From the NCBI GenBank assembly GCA_037968695.1, contig JBBKWA010000157.1, positions 3,590 through 67,589 on the forward strand: a DNA stretch of 64,000 nucleotides, read 5' to 3'. The notes under the pieces were generated by a model. The model worked only from the letters and a program-made list of their open reading frames with translations. It did not search any database and had not been told where the DNA came from. A program made the translations under genes and the position numbers. The stretch is from Saprospiraceae bacterium. GTDB taxonomy: Bacteria; Bacteroidota; Bacteroidia; Chitinophagales; Saprospiraceae. Positions 28,308 to 37,576 of this stretch are shown here, piece after piece. Position 1 is the stretch's first letter. Each line of letters begins with the position of its first letter.

Positions 28308-28850
28308 TCAATCTTCTTTGTGCGGCCGCGTTTCCAAAATAATCACTTCTTTTTGCGCATCGCGTTTGGCTTTCTCTTCTGCCTTTCGCTTTTCGATAAT
28401 GACGATCTCCTCCTCTATTTTCAGTGGCTGCCCATTTAAGTGCCTATGCCAGGTAAGGATGATCACCTCCACAATATCATCTGGTGTCGAGACCCCAACA
28501 TTTTTCATATACTCCGAAATCCTGGATCCATCCTCTATCCCCCAGTTGATTAATATCCAGCGTCCAAGACCAAAATGAAGCTTCCTTCGGATAGAATCTT
28601 CAGGAGAAATTTTAAACTCCGCCAATCCATTTGTGCTGGCTAGTCGACTCAATTCACTAAAAGCATCTTCAAGGTCAATCGGAATATACACGCCATTTAT
28701 CATTTCCAGTTTGATTCGCTTAGCATAATTCGCCTCATATTCTTCTGGTGTTTGCCCATAAACAAACCCTGCCAGAAGGAAAATTACCAATAGAAATGAT
28801 GCTTTTTTTAACGAATTCATACCGGAAAGATAAACTTTGATTAGGTTCAA
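28308..28850 (-). CDS. hypothetical secreted/anchored protein
   Basis: 180 aa with an N-terminal hydrophobic signal/anchor (ASFLLVIFLLAGFVYG) and a charged K/E-rich C-terminal tail. No family securely recognised. Confidence 0.5.
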   Translation of the reverse strand: MNLIKVYLSGMNSLKKASFLLVIFLLAGFVYGQTPEEYEANYAKRIKLEMINGVYIPIDLEDAFSELSRLASTNGLAEFKISPEDSIRRKLHFGLGRWILINWGIEDGSRISEYMKNVGVSTPDDIVEVIILTWHRHLNGQPLKIEEEIVIIEKRKAEEKAKRDAQKEVIILETRPHKED

Positions 28851-28882
28851 TATATTGTGGACGTAAAAAGTTCCCTGAAAAC

Positions 28883-29179
28883 ATGAAAAAAGCCAACGCG
28901 AAAGAATCCTATTCCAATTTAACTATTGTACTTCTCCTCCAGGCGGTTATATATTCAGGGATATGGCTTTGGAATGAGTATGTAGCTACTTATTTTACGC
29001 TCATCATTCCAGGGGTCATACTGGTCATTCTGATCCTCGCTACGATATCTGATTTTATTGAGCCTTCAAGGATTCCGGGATGGTATTACGGCCTGATGCT
29101 GGTGTCCATTATTACACCCATCATCATTGGTGCAATATTTTATTATTTATACGGTGGGCAACTTGATTGGCTGGTGTGA
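28883..29179 (+). CDS. small membrane protein, hypothetical
   Basis: 98 aa with three predicted TM helices. Confidence 0.45.
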   Translation: MKKANAKESYSNLTIVLLLQAVIYSGIWLWNEYVATYFTLIIPGVILVILILATISDFIEPSRIPGWYYGLMLVSIITPIIIGAIFYYLYGGQLDWLV

Positions 29180-29345
29180 AAGGAAGATGAAGGTTTAAAG
29201 TTGAAGGTGTAATGTTTAGTTCTTTCACTTTCCGACGCTTCTTCTCTTCCACCTAAAAAATATTTCCCGCAGAATTCGCAGAAAAAAACCGCAGAAGTGC
29301 GCAGAAATATATCACACCATTAAACATTAAACATTTAAACGAAAA

Positions 29346-29398
29346 ACTAAACACTCTAAACCATGACACCGTAGGTGACAATACTAAACACTCTAAAC
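29346..29398 (+). repeat. composite element copy B1
   Basis: Perfect 16-nt direct repeat ACTAAACACTCTAAAC at 29346-29361 and 29383-29398, flanking a 21-nt spacer catgacaCCGTAGGTGACaat and preceded by an A-run. Confidence 0.85.
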
Positions 29399-29581
29399 TC
29401 TTCTGTATTCGCCGAAGGCGAGTGCCCAATGCCCTTCGCCTTCTGCCCTTCTGCCTCTTCCGCCTATAATTACCCCCATCACACGGGAAAATACCGTCCC
29501 TTCAGGACTTGACAAGAGTATTATCTGTTACATAGGGCTGCGCCCTATGCTGTATTATTTCATCCCTTCGGGATTTAAAAA

Positions 29582-29634
29582 ACTAAACCATCTAAACCTT
29601 GGCTCCGTAGGTGACGATACTAAACTTCCTAAAC
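29582..29634 (+). repeat. composite element copy B2
   Basis: ACTAAACCATCTAAAC (29582-29597), a 21-nt spacer cttggctCCGTAGGTGACgat, then ACTAAACTTCCTAAAC (29619-29634). Preceded by an A-run. Confidence 0.8.
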
Positions 29635-29656
29635 TCAGCTTCCAATGTTTTTCCCT

Positions 29657-32038
29657 TTAAAGAACCCCAATCGTCACTCCATCCCCACCTTCCTTTTGCT
29701 CCGGGTGAGAAACTTCCTTAAAAGGATATTTTTTCATCCGCTTCGCTACTAATTGACGAAGTGTTCCTGTTCCCTTTCCATGGACGATTCGAATGAGTGT
29801 TTGACTACTCATAAAAGCCGCATCAATAAATCGATCTACATAATGCGATGCTTCCTCCGGCATCATCCCGCGGATATCAAGTTCATTCACAAACTTTGAG
29901 TAATCAGCAACATCTTTTGTCAGGCTTTTATGTTTTACAACTTCAACAGGTGCATTGGCAGCCACTAACTCAGTTAATGGCATGATCATTTGAATTTCAC
30001 CAACAATCACCACCGCTCTGTTTTTGGTGATCCGCTCTACTACGCCATACTGACCCGTTGATCTCAACTTCACATGATCTCCTTCCAGAAAATCCCGTTT
30101 GAAATCAACTTTTTCCTCTAGTTGTTCGGAAATTTCATGTATTTCTTCTCTGACTTCGTTTTGCTTACTCCTTATTTTCTGGATTTGCACCTTTGCTTTT
30201 TCTACATCCTTTTCTTTCTTTAACTCCTTCAGGAGTTTGTTCATATCCTGACTATATTGTGACACTTCATTAAGCGATGCCTTCTTTTGATCAATCTTAA
30301 ATTTCTTGCGCTTGATTTCAAGATCAAGTCTTAATTGATCATAATTCCCAATGAGCGAATCAAGTTCTTTTTGCCTCGCCTGAAGCCTACTGATCTCCTC
30401 TGCCATTTTCAATGTCTTGTCATCAAGATCATGAATCAGGTCTTCCAACGCTATCGTTTGACTTCCAGCTTTTTCTCTGGCATATTTTATCACTTCAGCA
30501 GGTAGTCCGGTACGTTCAGCAATTTCAAAGGCAAAAGAACTACCTGGTTTTCCAATTTTAAGTTTGTACGTTGGAAGAATCTTTTCCTTGTCAAATAACA
30601 TTGCCCCATTCACGACCCCTTTTGTGTTATGCGCATACATCTTAATATTTGGATAGTGCGTTGTCAATACACCATAGGTCTGACGCTTCACCAAAACATG
30701 TAGGATCGCCTCTGCTATCGCTCCGCCAATTTTAGGATCTGTCCCTGAACCAAACTCATCAACAAGGATCATCGTTGATTCATCAGCACTGTTTAGTGTA
30801 TCCTTCATGTTTTTCAATCGGGAACTATAGGTCGACAGATCCTCCTCAATGGATTGTTGATCACCTATATCAACACATATTTTCCTGACTACTCCAATGA
30901 CCGTTCTTTTATCTGCAGGAACAAGCATGCCGCATTGCGCCATCACTTGTATCAACCCTGTTGCTTTCATAAGGATGGACTTTCCTCCTGCATTTGGGCC
31001 ACTAAGAATCAACAGCCTGTTTGGTGGATTGAGAATAAGATCAAAAGAGATGACAGCCTTTTTATTCGATTTATTTTTGAGATAAAGTAATGGATGACTG
31101 GCATGCACTAAATGTAGTTTTGCAGAAGGCTCCAACTTTGGGCGTTCTCCACGATAGCTCACGCCTAACATCGCCATGCTTTGAATCAGGTCCCAGTGAT
31201 GGATGAGTGCATTGATATCATCAATAGCTGACTTGTGCGGCCTCAGAAAAGCACACAATTCTTTTAAGAGCCTAAAGACCTCTTTCTTAAAATCCGCTTC
31301 AAACTCAATGATGTTGTTGTTGATTTCGACAATGAGGGCAGGCTCTATAAATGCGGTACGCCCGGTTGTCGATTCATCATGAATGATACCTTTTATCTTA
31401 CGTTTAAATTCTGCATGCACACATAACACTCTTCTCCCGGAGCGAATAGACTCCACCGTATCGGTGAGAAATCCCTCTCCTTTATATCGGGAAATTAAGC
31501 GCACAAACTCTCTGTTCAACTTAGATGCTTCAGCTTCCTTCGCCCTGGAAATAGCCAATAGTTCAGGAGAAGCATTAGGTCTTACATCCCCTTTTTCATC
31601 CAGTATAGTCCGAATGGCTTTAAGCATTAGTGTGGGATCAGCTGCAAGTGCTGTCCATTGTGCTATTGCAGGGTAGCTTCTCTGGTTATCCTGTTTTGAA
31701 AAAAACAAATGCAGCTGTTGCACCTGTTCCATTTGTTTGCCTATCTCATGTAGATCTTCCTGTGGCAAGGCATAGCCATCCACCAGTAAATGATCCAGCG
31801 TTTCAGTAAAGTCATCATATACGCCTAATTGTGGTCTATTGGATAATCCGGAAATCTCAGCATATTCAAAGACTTGATCCATCCGAAATTGAATGGCGCT
31901 AATGTCTGCCAGTGGGTGCAGTTGCATTATAGCTTCCTTCCCTGCTGTACCACGTGCGTAACCAGCCAGAAGTTCACGTACCTTATGAAATTCAATTTGC
32001 TCTTCTGCGGAAGTAGATATATCAACGAAATCAGCCAT
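29657..32038 (-). CDS. mutS2: endonuclease MutS2
   Basis: 793 aa. Walker A GPNAGGKS, DEFGSGTDP, coiled-coil linker, and a C-terminal Smr domain (LDIRGM...VHGKGTGTLR). Confidence 0.92.
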   Translation of the reverse strand: MADFVDISTSAEEQIEFHKVRELLAGYARGTAGKEAIMQLHPLADISAIQFRMDQVFEYAEISGLSNRPQLGVYDDFTETLDHLLVDGYALPQEDLHEIGKQMEQVQQLHLFFSKQDNQRSYPAIAQWTALAADPTLMLKAIRTILDEKGDVRPNASPELLAISRAKEAEASKLNREFVRLISRYKGEGFLTDTVESIRSGRRVLCVHAEFKRKIKGIIHDESTTGRTAFIEPALIVEINNNIIEFEADFKKEVFRLLKELCAFLRPHKSAIDDINALIHHWDLIQSMAMLGVSYRGERPKLEPSAKLHLVHASHPLLYLKNKSNKKAVISFDLILNPPNRLLILSGPNAGGKSILMKATGLIQVMAQCGMLVPADKRTVIGVVRKICVDIGDQQSIEEDLSTYSSRLKNMKDTLNSADESTMILVDEFGSGTDPKIGGAIAEAILHVLVKRQTYGVLTTHYPNIKMYAHNTKGVVNGAMLFDKEKILPTYKLKIGKPGSSFAFEIAERTGLPAEVIKYAREKAGSQTIALEDLIHDLDDKTLKMAEEISRLQARQKELDSLIGNYDQLRLDLEIKRKKFKIDQKKASLNEVSQYSQDMNKLLKELKKEKDVEKAKVQIQKIRSKQNEVREEIHEISEQLEEKVDFKRDFLEGDHVKLRSTGQYGVVERITKNRAVVIVGEIQMIMPLTELVAANAPVEVVKHKSLTKDVADYSKFVNELDIRGMMPEEASHYVDRFIDAAFMSSQTLIRIVHGKGTGTLRQLVAKRMKKYPFKEVSHPEQKEGGDGVTIGVL

Positions 32039-32199
32039 GGGAGCACAAAATTAGAATAATGTTTTTATTAACGCCTTTACTTATGAAATCAATCACATCC
32101 TTCAATAGCTTTCATTCAAATAATACTTCCCACAGTTACAGGAGATGAAGCTCAAAGCAAAATCTACTATCTTTCCCACTAAGAACAAAGTAAACAGCT

Positions 32200-33276
32200 A
32201 TGGCATCCAACAGTTTAGGACGCATATTTAGAATCACTACTGCCGGAGAGTCCCACGGCCCCGGATTAGGTGTCATCATTGATGGTTGTCCGCCTGGGTT
32301 AGCATTAGATACTAAATTTATTCAAAAAGAGCTGGATCGTCGCCGCCCCGGTCAATCATCCATTACGACGCAAAGAAATGAAGGAGATCAATGTACCATT
32401 GTATCCGGTGTCTTTCAAGGAAAAACCACTGGCGCACCAATCCTCATCACAATCGGGAACAAAGATCAAAAACCCAGCGATTATGAGCATGTCGAGGATA
32501 GCTTTAGACCTTCACACGCCGATTACACTTATTTTAAGAAATACGGCATTCGGGATCACAGAGGAGGTGGGCGATCATCCGCAAGAGAGACAGCCAATTG
32601 GGTGGCTGCTGGTGCTATTGCCAAACAAATATTAAAACAACATCAAATCGAAATCCATGCAGGCGTAACAAGTGTTGGTTCCATATCTGTGCATTCTTCA
32701 CACGATAAATTGGATTGGTCACAAGTGGAAAAGAGCCCCGTGCGTTGTCCGGACCCAGAAATTGCAGCTTTAATGATTTCTCTTATCGAAGAAGTCAAGA
32801 AAGATGGAGACACCATTGGGGGTATTGTCACTTGTGTCATCAATGGCTGCCCGCCTGGACTTGGCGAGCCTGTTTTTCATAAACTTCATGCAGATCTTGG
32901 TCAGGCCATGCTGACAATCAATGCATGTAAAGGGTTTGAGTTTGGATCCGGCTTTAACGGAACATCTATGCGAGGAAGTGAGCATAATGATGTTTGGGAA
33001 AATGTGGAGGGAATGGATAGCACTATCACCAATAACTCAGGGGGTATTCAAGGAGGTATTTCCAATGGTATGCCGATTTACTTTAATGTCGCATTCAAAC
33101 CAGTTTCTACTTTAATGCGTTCGCAGGAAACTATTGATACAGCAGGAAACGAAACGTCTATTGAAGGAAAAGGAAGGCATGATCCATGTGTGGTGCCAAG
33201 AGCAGTACCGATCGTTGAGGCGCTTGCAGCGCTTGTCCTGGTGGATCATTTACTAATGGCAAAAATTTACCAATAG
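32200..33276 (+). CDS. aroC: chorismate synthase
   Basis: [16 protein letters not shown]-terminus, GRSSARETA, and GGISNGMPI motifs. Confidence 0.93.
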   Translation: MASNSLGRIFRITTAGESHGPGLGVIIDGCPPGLALDTKFIQKELDRRRPGQSSITTQRNEGDQCTIVSGVFQGKTTGAPILITIGNKDQKPSDYEHVEDSFRPSHADYTYFKKYGIRDHRGGGRSSARETANWVAAGAIAKQILKQHQIEIHAGVTSVGSISVHSSHDKLDWSQVEKSPVRCPDPEIAALMISLIEEVKKDGDTIGGIVTCVINGCPPGLGEPVFHKLHADLGQAMLTINACKGFEFGSGFNGTSMRGSEHNDVWENVEGMDSTITNNSGGIQGGISNGMPIYFNVAFKPVSTLMRSQETIDTAGNETSIEGKGRHDPCVVPRAVPIVEALAALVLVDHLLMAKIYQ

Positions 33277-33288
33277 CATTTTGCTATT

Positions 33289-34176
33289 TTAATTTTGCTT
33301 GTCCATTCTTTGTTTGGTCCATCGCTCGTTAAACGGCCACTCCCCTGCTGCAATGCCGCTTCTTTTTTCCAATTTGATTTCTTCATCCCAATCACCATAT
33401 AAATTGGAAAACATATCAATGCCCGTTAATTTTTCAAGACTATCAATGGAAACGACATATTCTTCAAGGGAACCCGGATTTGCATTGTCCTGATCAAACA
33501 AAAAACCGATGACTTCGGGCTTATCATCTTGAGCAGTAAATACCGCTTTATAGAAATATTTTGGCACAAGGATTTCATTGTCACCAATCGTCTCAGAAGC
33601 CTCTATAAATACCGGCCCGGCAATGACCACAACATGCTTGTACTTCCTTCCCCAATCTCTGACATTGTGCTCCAGTTCAAGCCATATGCCATCATTAAAA
33701 TGTGCGCGCATGGGTGCGATATTACTCAGGAGAAAAGTTGCATCCATTGCTTTTTTCTTCCACGCCATATCTGCAGAAGGAACTAAATGGCCTCGGCGAA
33801 AACCACTTCCTTTATAATCTCTGTAATGTCCTGATCCGGATACGATATCCCGATCAGGATTGAAATCTTGATTTCGATCAAATTTATCCCCGTTTAACAT
33901 TCCAACCGTCAGCTCATAAGTCACCCATTCCGGTAATTCATATTCCTCAACATATGAAAGACTAAATGATGGTTTGTGATAAACTACACCTTTGTTCGGT
34001 TCGGGGTAATAAGTTATGGTGGGCGCGCCAGGCAATTCGCCAATAGGGGTAAACTCATCCATGTAGAACATACCCAGAAAAATAAGTCCGACAATAAAAA
34101 GCGAAAAGAAAACCAGCCGATTTACAGCTTTTTTACTGTATCTTTTATTGTGACTCCTTATCTTAAATTCACTCAT
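33289..34176 (-). CDS. DNA/RNA non-specific endonuclease (EndoG/NucA family)
   Basis: Active-site FRRGHLVP plus a downstream N (SNIAPM). I prefer the ATG at 34176 (MSEFKIR.., followed by a TM anchor) over the track start at 34248, which overlaps the divergent gene. Confidence 0.75.
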   Translation of the reverse strand: MSEFKIRSHNKRYSKKAVNRLVFFSLFIVGLIFLGMFYMDEFTPIGELPGAPTITYYPEPNKGVVYHKPSFSLSYVEEYELPEWVTYELTVGMLNGDKFDRNQDFNPDRDIVSGSGHYRDYKGSGFRRGHLVPSADMAWKKKAMDATFLLSNIAPMRAHFNDGIWLELEHNVRDWGRKYKHVVVIAGPVFIEASETIGDNEILVPKYFYKAVFTAQDDKPEVIGFLFDQDNANPGSLEEYVVSIDSLEKLTGIDMFSNLYGDWDEEIKLEKRSGIAAGEWPFNERWTKQRMDKQN

Positions 34177-34251
34177 GATTACCCGTAAAGTTATTAATGT
34201 AAATCGATCATTGATCGTATCTTGCATAAACCATTGAAAACAATTCATTTA

Positions 34252-35064
34252 ATGAAATTCATTTTTATCTGCATTGTTGGGCTTTTACTGACAAATACAG
34301 TTTCTTCCCAATCAGGTCCATATATGTTCTCCGGGACCGGTTTTTTAGGAAATGGACAAATCGGTGTATTGACAGAGAATGCCGAAGCTGGAATCGTCTT
34401 GCCTGCCCTGCTGGCAACACGGGAACATGGTGGGTGGTCCGTCTCTGCAGCTACAAGAGGTGGATTAAAAGACCTTACTGAGGTATCAGGCACAGCGCAC
34501 CTCGTTCTCCCCTGGAACGATCAGATTGCTTTAGGCCTTCAATATACTGGCATTGATGGTTATGCAGAACAAAGAATAACTTTCAGCTATGCTCGTCGTC
34601 TTTTTGATAAACTAACCGCCGGCCTCCAGTTTGATCTTAATCGAAATGAAGCACAGGAATATGAAAACATCATGGTTGGCTCATGGTCAATTTCCTTCTA
34701 TGCTCCATTAATGGATGAAATATCAATATCAGCATGGCTCTATAATCCGCTTGGCGTTGAAAGCACATTAGACCTACCTTCTGTCGCTAGAATTGGATTG
34801 CTTTACACTCCTTCCGACAAAATTGGACTAGCCATTGAAGCTGAAAAAGACTGGCGTGAACAACTTCGCTTTAAAGTAGGCATGAATTATCATCTTCATG
34901 AACGAATTGCGGTGCGTTGGGGTATCGGAACACAACCCTCTCTCCTCCACGCTGGCATCACGTGGAATCTCGTCAATAATATGGCACTCAGTGGTGGGTG
35001 GCGATATCATTCAAGGTTGGGCAGTACGTTAAGCGCATCATTATCGCAATATCAAATCCAATGA
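34252..35064 (+). CDS. hypothetical outer-membrane beta-barrel protein
   Basis: Start taken at MKFIFICIV (signal peptide). Alternating beta-strand pattern. Family not recognised with confidence. Confidence 0.45.
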   Translation: MKFIFICIVGLLLTNTVSSQSGPYMFSGTGFLGNGQIGVLTENAEAGIVLPALLATREHGGWSVSAATRGGLKDLTEVSGTAHLVLPWNDQIALGLQYTGIDGYAEQRITFSYARRLFDKLTAGLQFDLNRNEAQEYENIMVGSWSISFYAPLMDEISISAWLYNPLGVESTLDLPSVARIGLLYTPSDKIGLAIEAEKDWREQLRFKVGMNYHLHERIAVRWGIGTQPSLLHAGITWNLVNNMALSGGWRYHSRLGSTLSASLSQYQIQ

Positions 35065-35768
35065 GCAAGAGAATCACCCTTGTCGCTGCAACAGAGCAGG
35101 AAATTGCTCCATTCATGGCATACCTGCATGAAAAAGGCATAGCTCATTCACCTAAAACATTTGAAATTCAGGGTTTATCCATTGACATTGTTATTACCGG
35201 AATCGGGACCTTAAACACGACTTATCAACTTATGGCGTACCTCCAGGAAGCACATTCTGATGGATGGATTCAAATTGGCATTGGAGGCGCTTTAGATACC
35301 GCTTTAGGGATCGGTGAGGTCTTTCAAATAAAGAGCGAAATGATTTATGGCGAAGGCGCTGAGGACAAAGACGGAAATTTGCTTAATCCATTTGCGCTTG
35401 GATGGATCAAGGGTGATGAAAACCCCTTTTCCAATGGTTTACTTTCATGCCCCTATCGCTCTTTAGTTAAAGAGGCCACTGGCATGACTACTTTTTATGC
35501 TCATGGTGCCACAACGGCAATTGAAAAACTAAAAAAAAGTCCGTATGGACAGATTGAAAACATGGAAGGCGCCCCTTTCTTTTACATCAGCCTGATGAAA
35601 AAGATTCCGTTTTTAAGTATTCGATCAATCTCTAATCTTGTAGCATCCCGCGACAAATCGAATTGGAATATTCCTTTAGCTATAACAAATAGCAATCAAA
35701 CCATTATTCAATTGCTGGAAGGTTCATCATTTGATGTGCAGAGATTATTTCAATACGGGGTCGACTAA
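35061..35768 (+). CDS. nucleoside phosphorylase-family hydrolase, futalosine hydrolase (MqnB)-like
   Basis: The ATG at 35061 overlaps the upstream stop (ATGA). VAATEQEI, GIGTLNTTY, GIGGAL and ENMEGAPFFY blocks resemble the MTA/SAH-nucleosidase/MqnB family. Confidence 0.55.
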   Translation: MSKRITLVAATEQEIAPFMAYLHEKGIAHSPKTFEIQGLSIDIVITGIGTLNTTYQLMAYLQEAHSDGWIQIGIGGALDTALGIGEVFQIKSEMIYGEGAEDKDGNLLNPFALGWIKGDENPFSNGLLSCPYRSLVKEATGMTTFYAHGATTAIEKLKKSPYGQIENMEGAPFFYISLMKKIPFLSIRSISNLVASRDKSNWNIPLAITNSNQTIIQLLEGSSFDVQRLFQYGVD

Positions 35769-36860
35769 ATGGGTCTGTCGGTAGTGATACACTAAATGAA
35801 CCACCTCATGATAACTTTTGAGTCCACTTTTCACCCCATGTCGTTTGAGATAGGAGGTATAAATAGCATTTCGAAATTGGGGTACCAAATCAGGGTATTT
35901 AGCATTGTTTAATCTGACAAGCTGAATGGCATCATGGACAACATTAGGCAAGCTATTTAATGCATGGAGGACAGTTGTATCCGGCATTGCAGCTGCGGTA
36001 AAACGCCAATAACTTATGGCCCCTCCAAACCTAATCCATGGATCAGCGGATTGGTTGCAAGCCAGCCAAGCGATAAAATTGCAGGCGCCTTCATCAGTTA
36101 CGCCATATCCATGTGCCATTTCATGCGCAATTGTAAAGGGCTTTTGAACAGAAAGCAATCCTCTATCAATATGCCCTTCGCCTGTTTGGGGGATGTAAAT
36201 GCCGGCCGTACTCCATCGCATCAGAAATCCATTAGGCCAAAGTTCTCTGATTCTCACCCTACCAATAGCTGGTAATTGCATTAGTCTTAAAGCCTCCTTT
36301 ACTGCCGGGCGAAGGTCACTATCGCTGACTGAGGCATGACTTAAGTATTGGGTATTCTTAAATTCATCAGGAAGCGCGATGACTGCAGTTCGTAATGCCG
36401 CTGTAGCTTGAAGAAATTCATCCTCCATTTGAGTCTTTGTCATCTCCATTGAATCAATGCCCAATCGCTTCTGAAAGGTGGTCTGGCGATAATTAAAACC
36501 CCAGAGCAAATAAAACAAAGCAATCAAAACCGCCACGCCGCCAAGTGCTCTTGATAGTTGAAACCATAGGCCTTTATTCATTTGCCGGAGCCATCGATAT
36601 GCTCTGACCACCAAAACAAAGAGGACCACGTACACCATTGGGATTGGTGACCAACCAAGCGTGTAATCATAAGTGACTCGTATTAAAGGAAATAAGCATC
36701 TGAAATACCCTTCTTCGAATACAGTGTCAGGTAGTATTTGATTTAAGCTCAAGACAACTAATGCCAGGCAGATCCACATGACGGATCTACCGTGATACCA
36801 CCTACGTTTTGTGGGGATATCAGCCTTTGAATATGTTATATTTTTATTAAAAAACGCCAT
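35745..36860 (-). CDS. DUF3810-like membrane-anchored putative zinc metallopeptidase
   Basis: 371 aa with several N-terminal TM helices and an HExxH motif (TIAHEMAHGYG). Confidence 0.6.
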   Translation of the reverse strand: MAFFNKNITYSKADIPTKRRWYHGRSVMWICLALVVLSLNQILPDTVFEEGYFRCLFPLIRVTYDYTLGWSPIPMVYVVLFVLVVRAYRWLRQMNKGLWFQLSRALGGVAVLIALFYLLWGFNYRQTTFQKRLGIDSMEMTKTQMEDEFLQATAALRTAVIALPDEFKNTQYLSHASVSDSDLRPAVKEALRLMQLPAIGRVRIRELWPNGFLMRWSTAGIYIPQTGEGHIDRGLLSVQKPFTIAHEMAHGYGVTDEGACNFIAWLACNQSADPWIRFGGAISYWRFTAAAMPDTTVLHALNSLPNVVHDAIQLVRLNNAKYPDLVPQFRNAIYTSYLKRHGVKSGLKSYHEVVHLVYHYRQTHLVDPVLK

Positions 36861-36877
36861 GAATGAAGACCACGGTA

Positions 36878-36885
36878 TAAATTTG
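36878..36885 (+). promoter_or_regulatory. candidate -7 promoter element TAAATTTG upstream of trxA
   Basis: Exact TAnnTTTG match 78 nt upstream of the trxA ATG. Confidence 0.3.
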
Positions 36886-36962
36886 CAACTTTGCGGGCAC
36901 TTAGGATGTTTATCCGTGTAAATTGCATATTTTCAACTTAACTTAATTATAATTTTTACAAA

Positions 36963-37283
36963 ATGGCATTTGAACTTACAGATAGCAACTTCAAAGAGAA
37001 GGTAATAGACACCGAAGGTGTTGCCGTAATCGATTTTTGGGCAGAATGGTGTGGCCCATGCAGAATGATCGGTCCAATCATTGAGGAAATGGCTAAAGAA
37101 TACGATGGTAAAGCACTAATTGCCAAAGTGGATGTGGATAGCAATCCTGAAATATCCCTTAAGTATAGTGTGCGAAGCATTCCTACTATATTGTACTTGA
37201 AAAACGGCGAAGTCGTTGACAAACAAGTAGGCGCGACCAGTAAGCAGGTACTAAGCAGCAAATTAGACGCTATTTTATCTTAG
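36963..37283 (+). CDS. trxA: thioredoxin
   Basis: 106 aa with the WAEWCGPC active site. Confidence 0.93.
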   Translation: MAFELTDSNFKEKVIDTEGVAVIDFWAEWCGPCRMIGPIIEEMAKEYDGKALIAKVDVDSNPEISLKYSVRSIPTILYLKNGEVVDKQVGATSKQVLSSKLDAILS

Positions 37284-37315
37284 GATAAAAAGCTTATAGA
37301 GTAAGAACATGTTAG

Positions 37316-37348
37316 AGCCTTCAGGAGTCATCTCCTGAGGGTTTTTTC
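37316..37348 (+). terminator. rho-independent terminator after trxA
   Basis: gagCCTTCAGGAGtcatCTCCTGAGGGttttttc: GC-rich stem with one bulge, followed by a T-run. Confidence 0.7.
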
Positions 37349-37576
37349 TTTAAAGTGCAGTTATAATATACTTCGTTTCATTAGGGCATAAAGTCGATTC
37401 CGGGCTGACTATTAAAGTTTATACCTGCTAACAATTTCAAGCTCAATAAGCAAGTTATCGCCATCAGCCATTTGATCTCACGATGAAAATTTACCCGTTT
37501 CCCGCACTTCCCATTGCCCTGGATCAAGGGCATTGTGCTTCCGTTATGAGAAACACAATTTTCTCACAACAAGGAA

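Larger units (their letters stand above)
29180..29656. repeat. block B: 477-nt ORF-free mosaic of short repeats and hairpins
   Basis: Contents: CGCAGA x4 (29268, 29277, 29290, 29300); TAAAC x5 (29321-29361); two composite elements (29346-29398, 29582-29634); a CTTCYGCC run (29431-29465); and hairpins CATAGGGC-tgc-GCCCTATG (29531-29549), ATCCC-ttcg-GGGAT (29562-29574) and GTCC-cttca-GGAC (29497-29509). Confidence 0.75.

Noticed and set aside
29346-29634. Possible CRISPR array (direct repeats with about 21-nt spacers)
   Set aside because: The repeats are only 16 nt, and there are just two repeats per unit. The spacers are near-identical between units (CCGTAGGTGAC) rather than unique. The units are 184 nt apart, and there are no cas genes in the window.
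29346-29634. Integron attC site or MITE with terminal inverted repeats
   Set aside because: The flanking 16-mers are direct, not inverted. CTAAAC does not fit the RYYYAAC/GTTRRRY core pair. There is no intI or transposase gene nearby and no obvious target-site duplication.
34177-34248. Longer start for the endonuclease gene (track start 34248), and 34222 for the divergent OMP gene
   Set aside because: The two extensions overlap each other on opposite strands. The internal starts (34176 and 34252) give a TM anchor and a signal peptide respectively.
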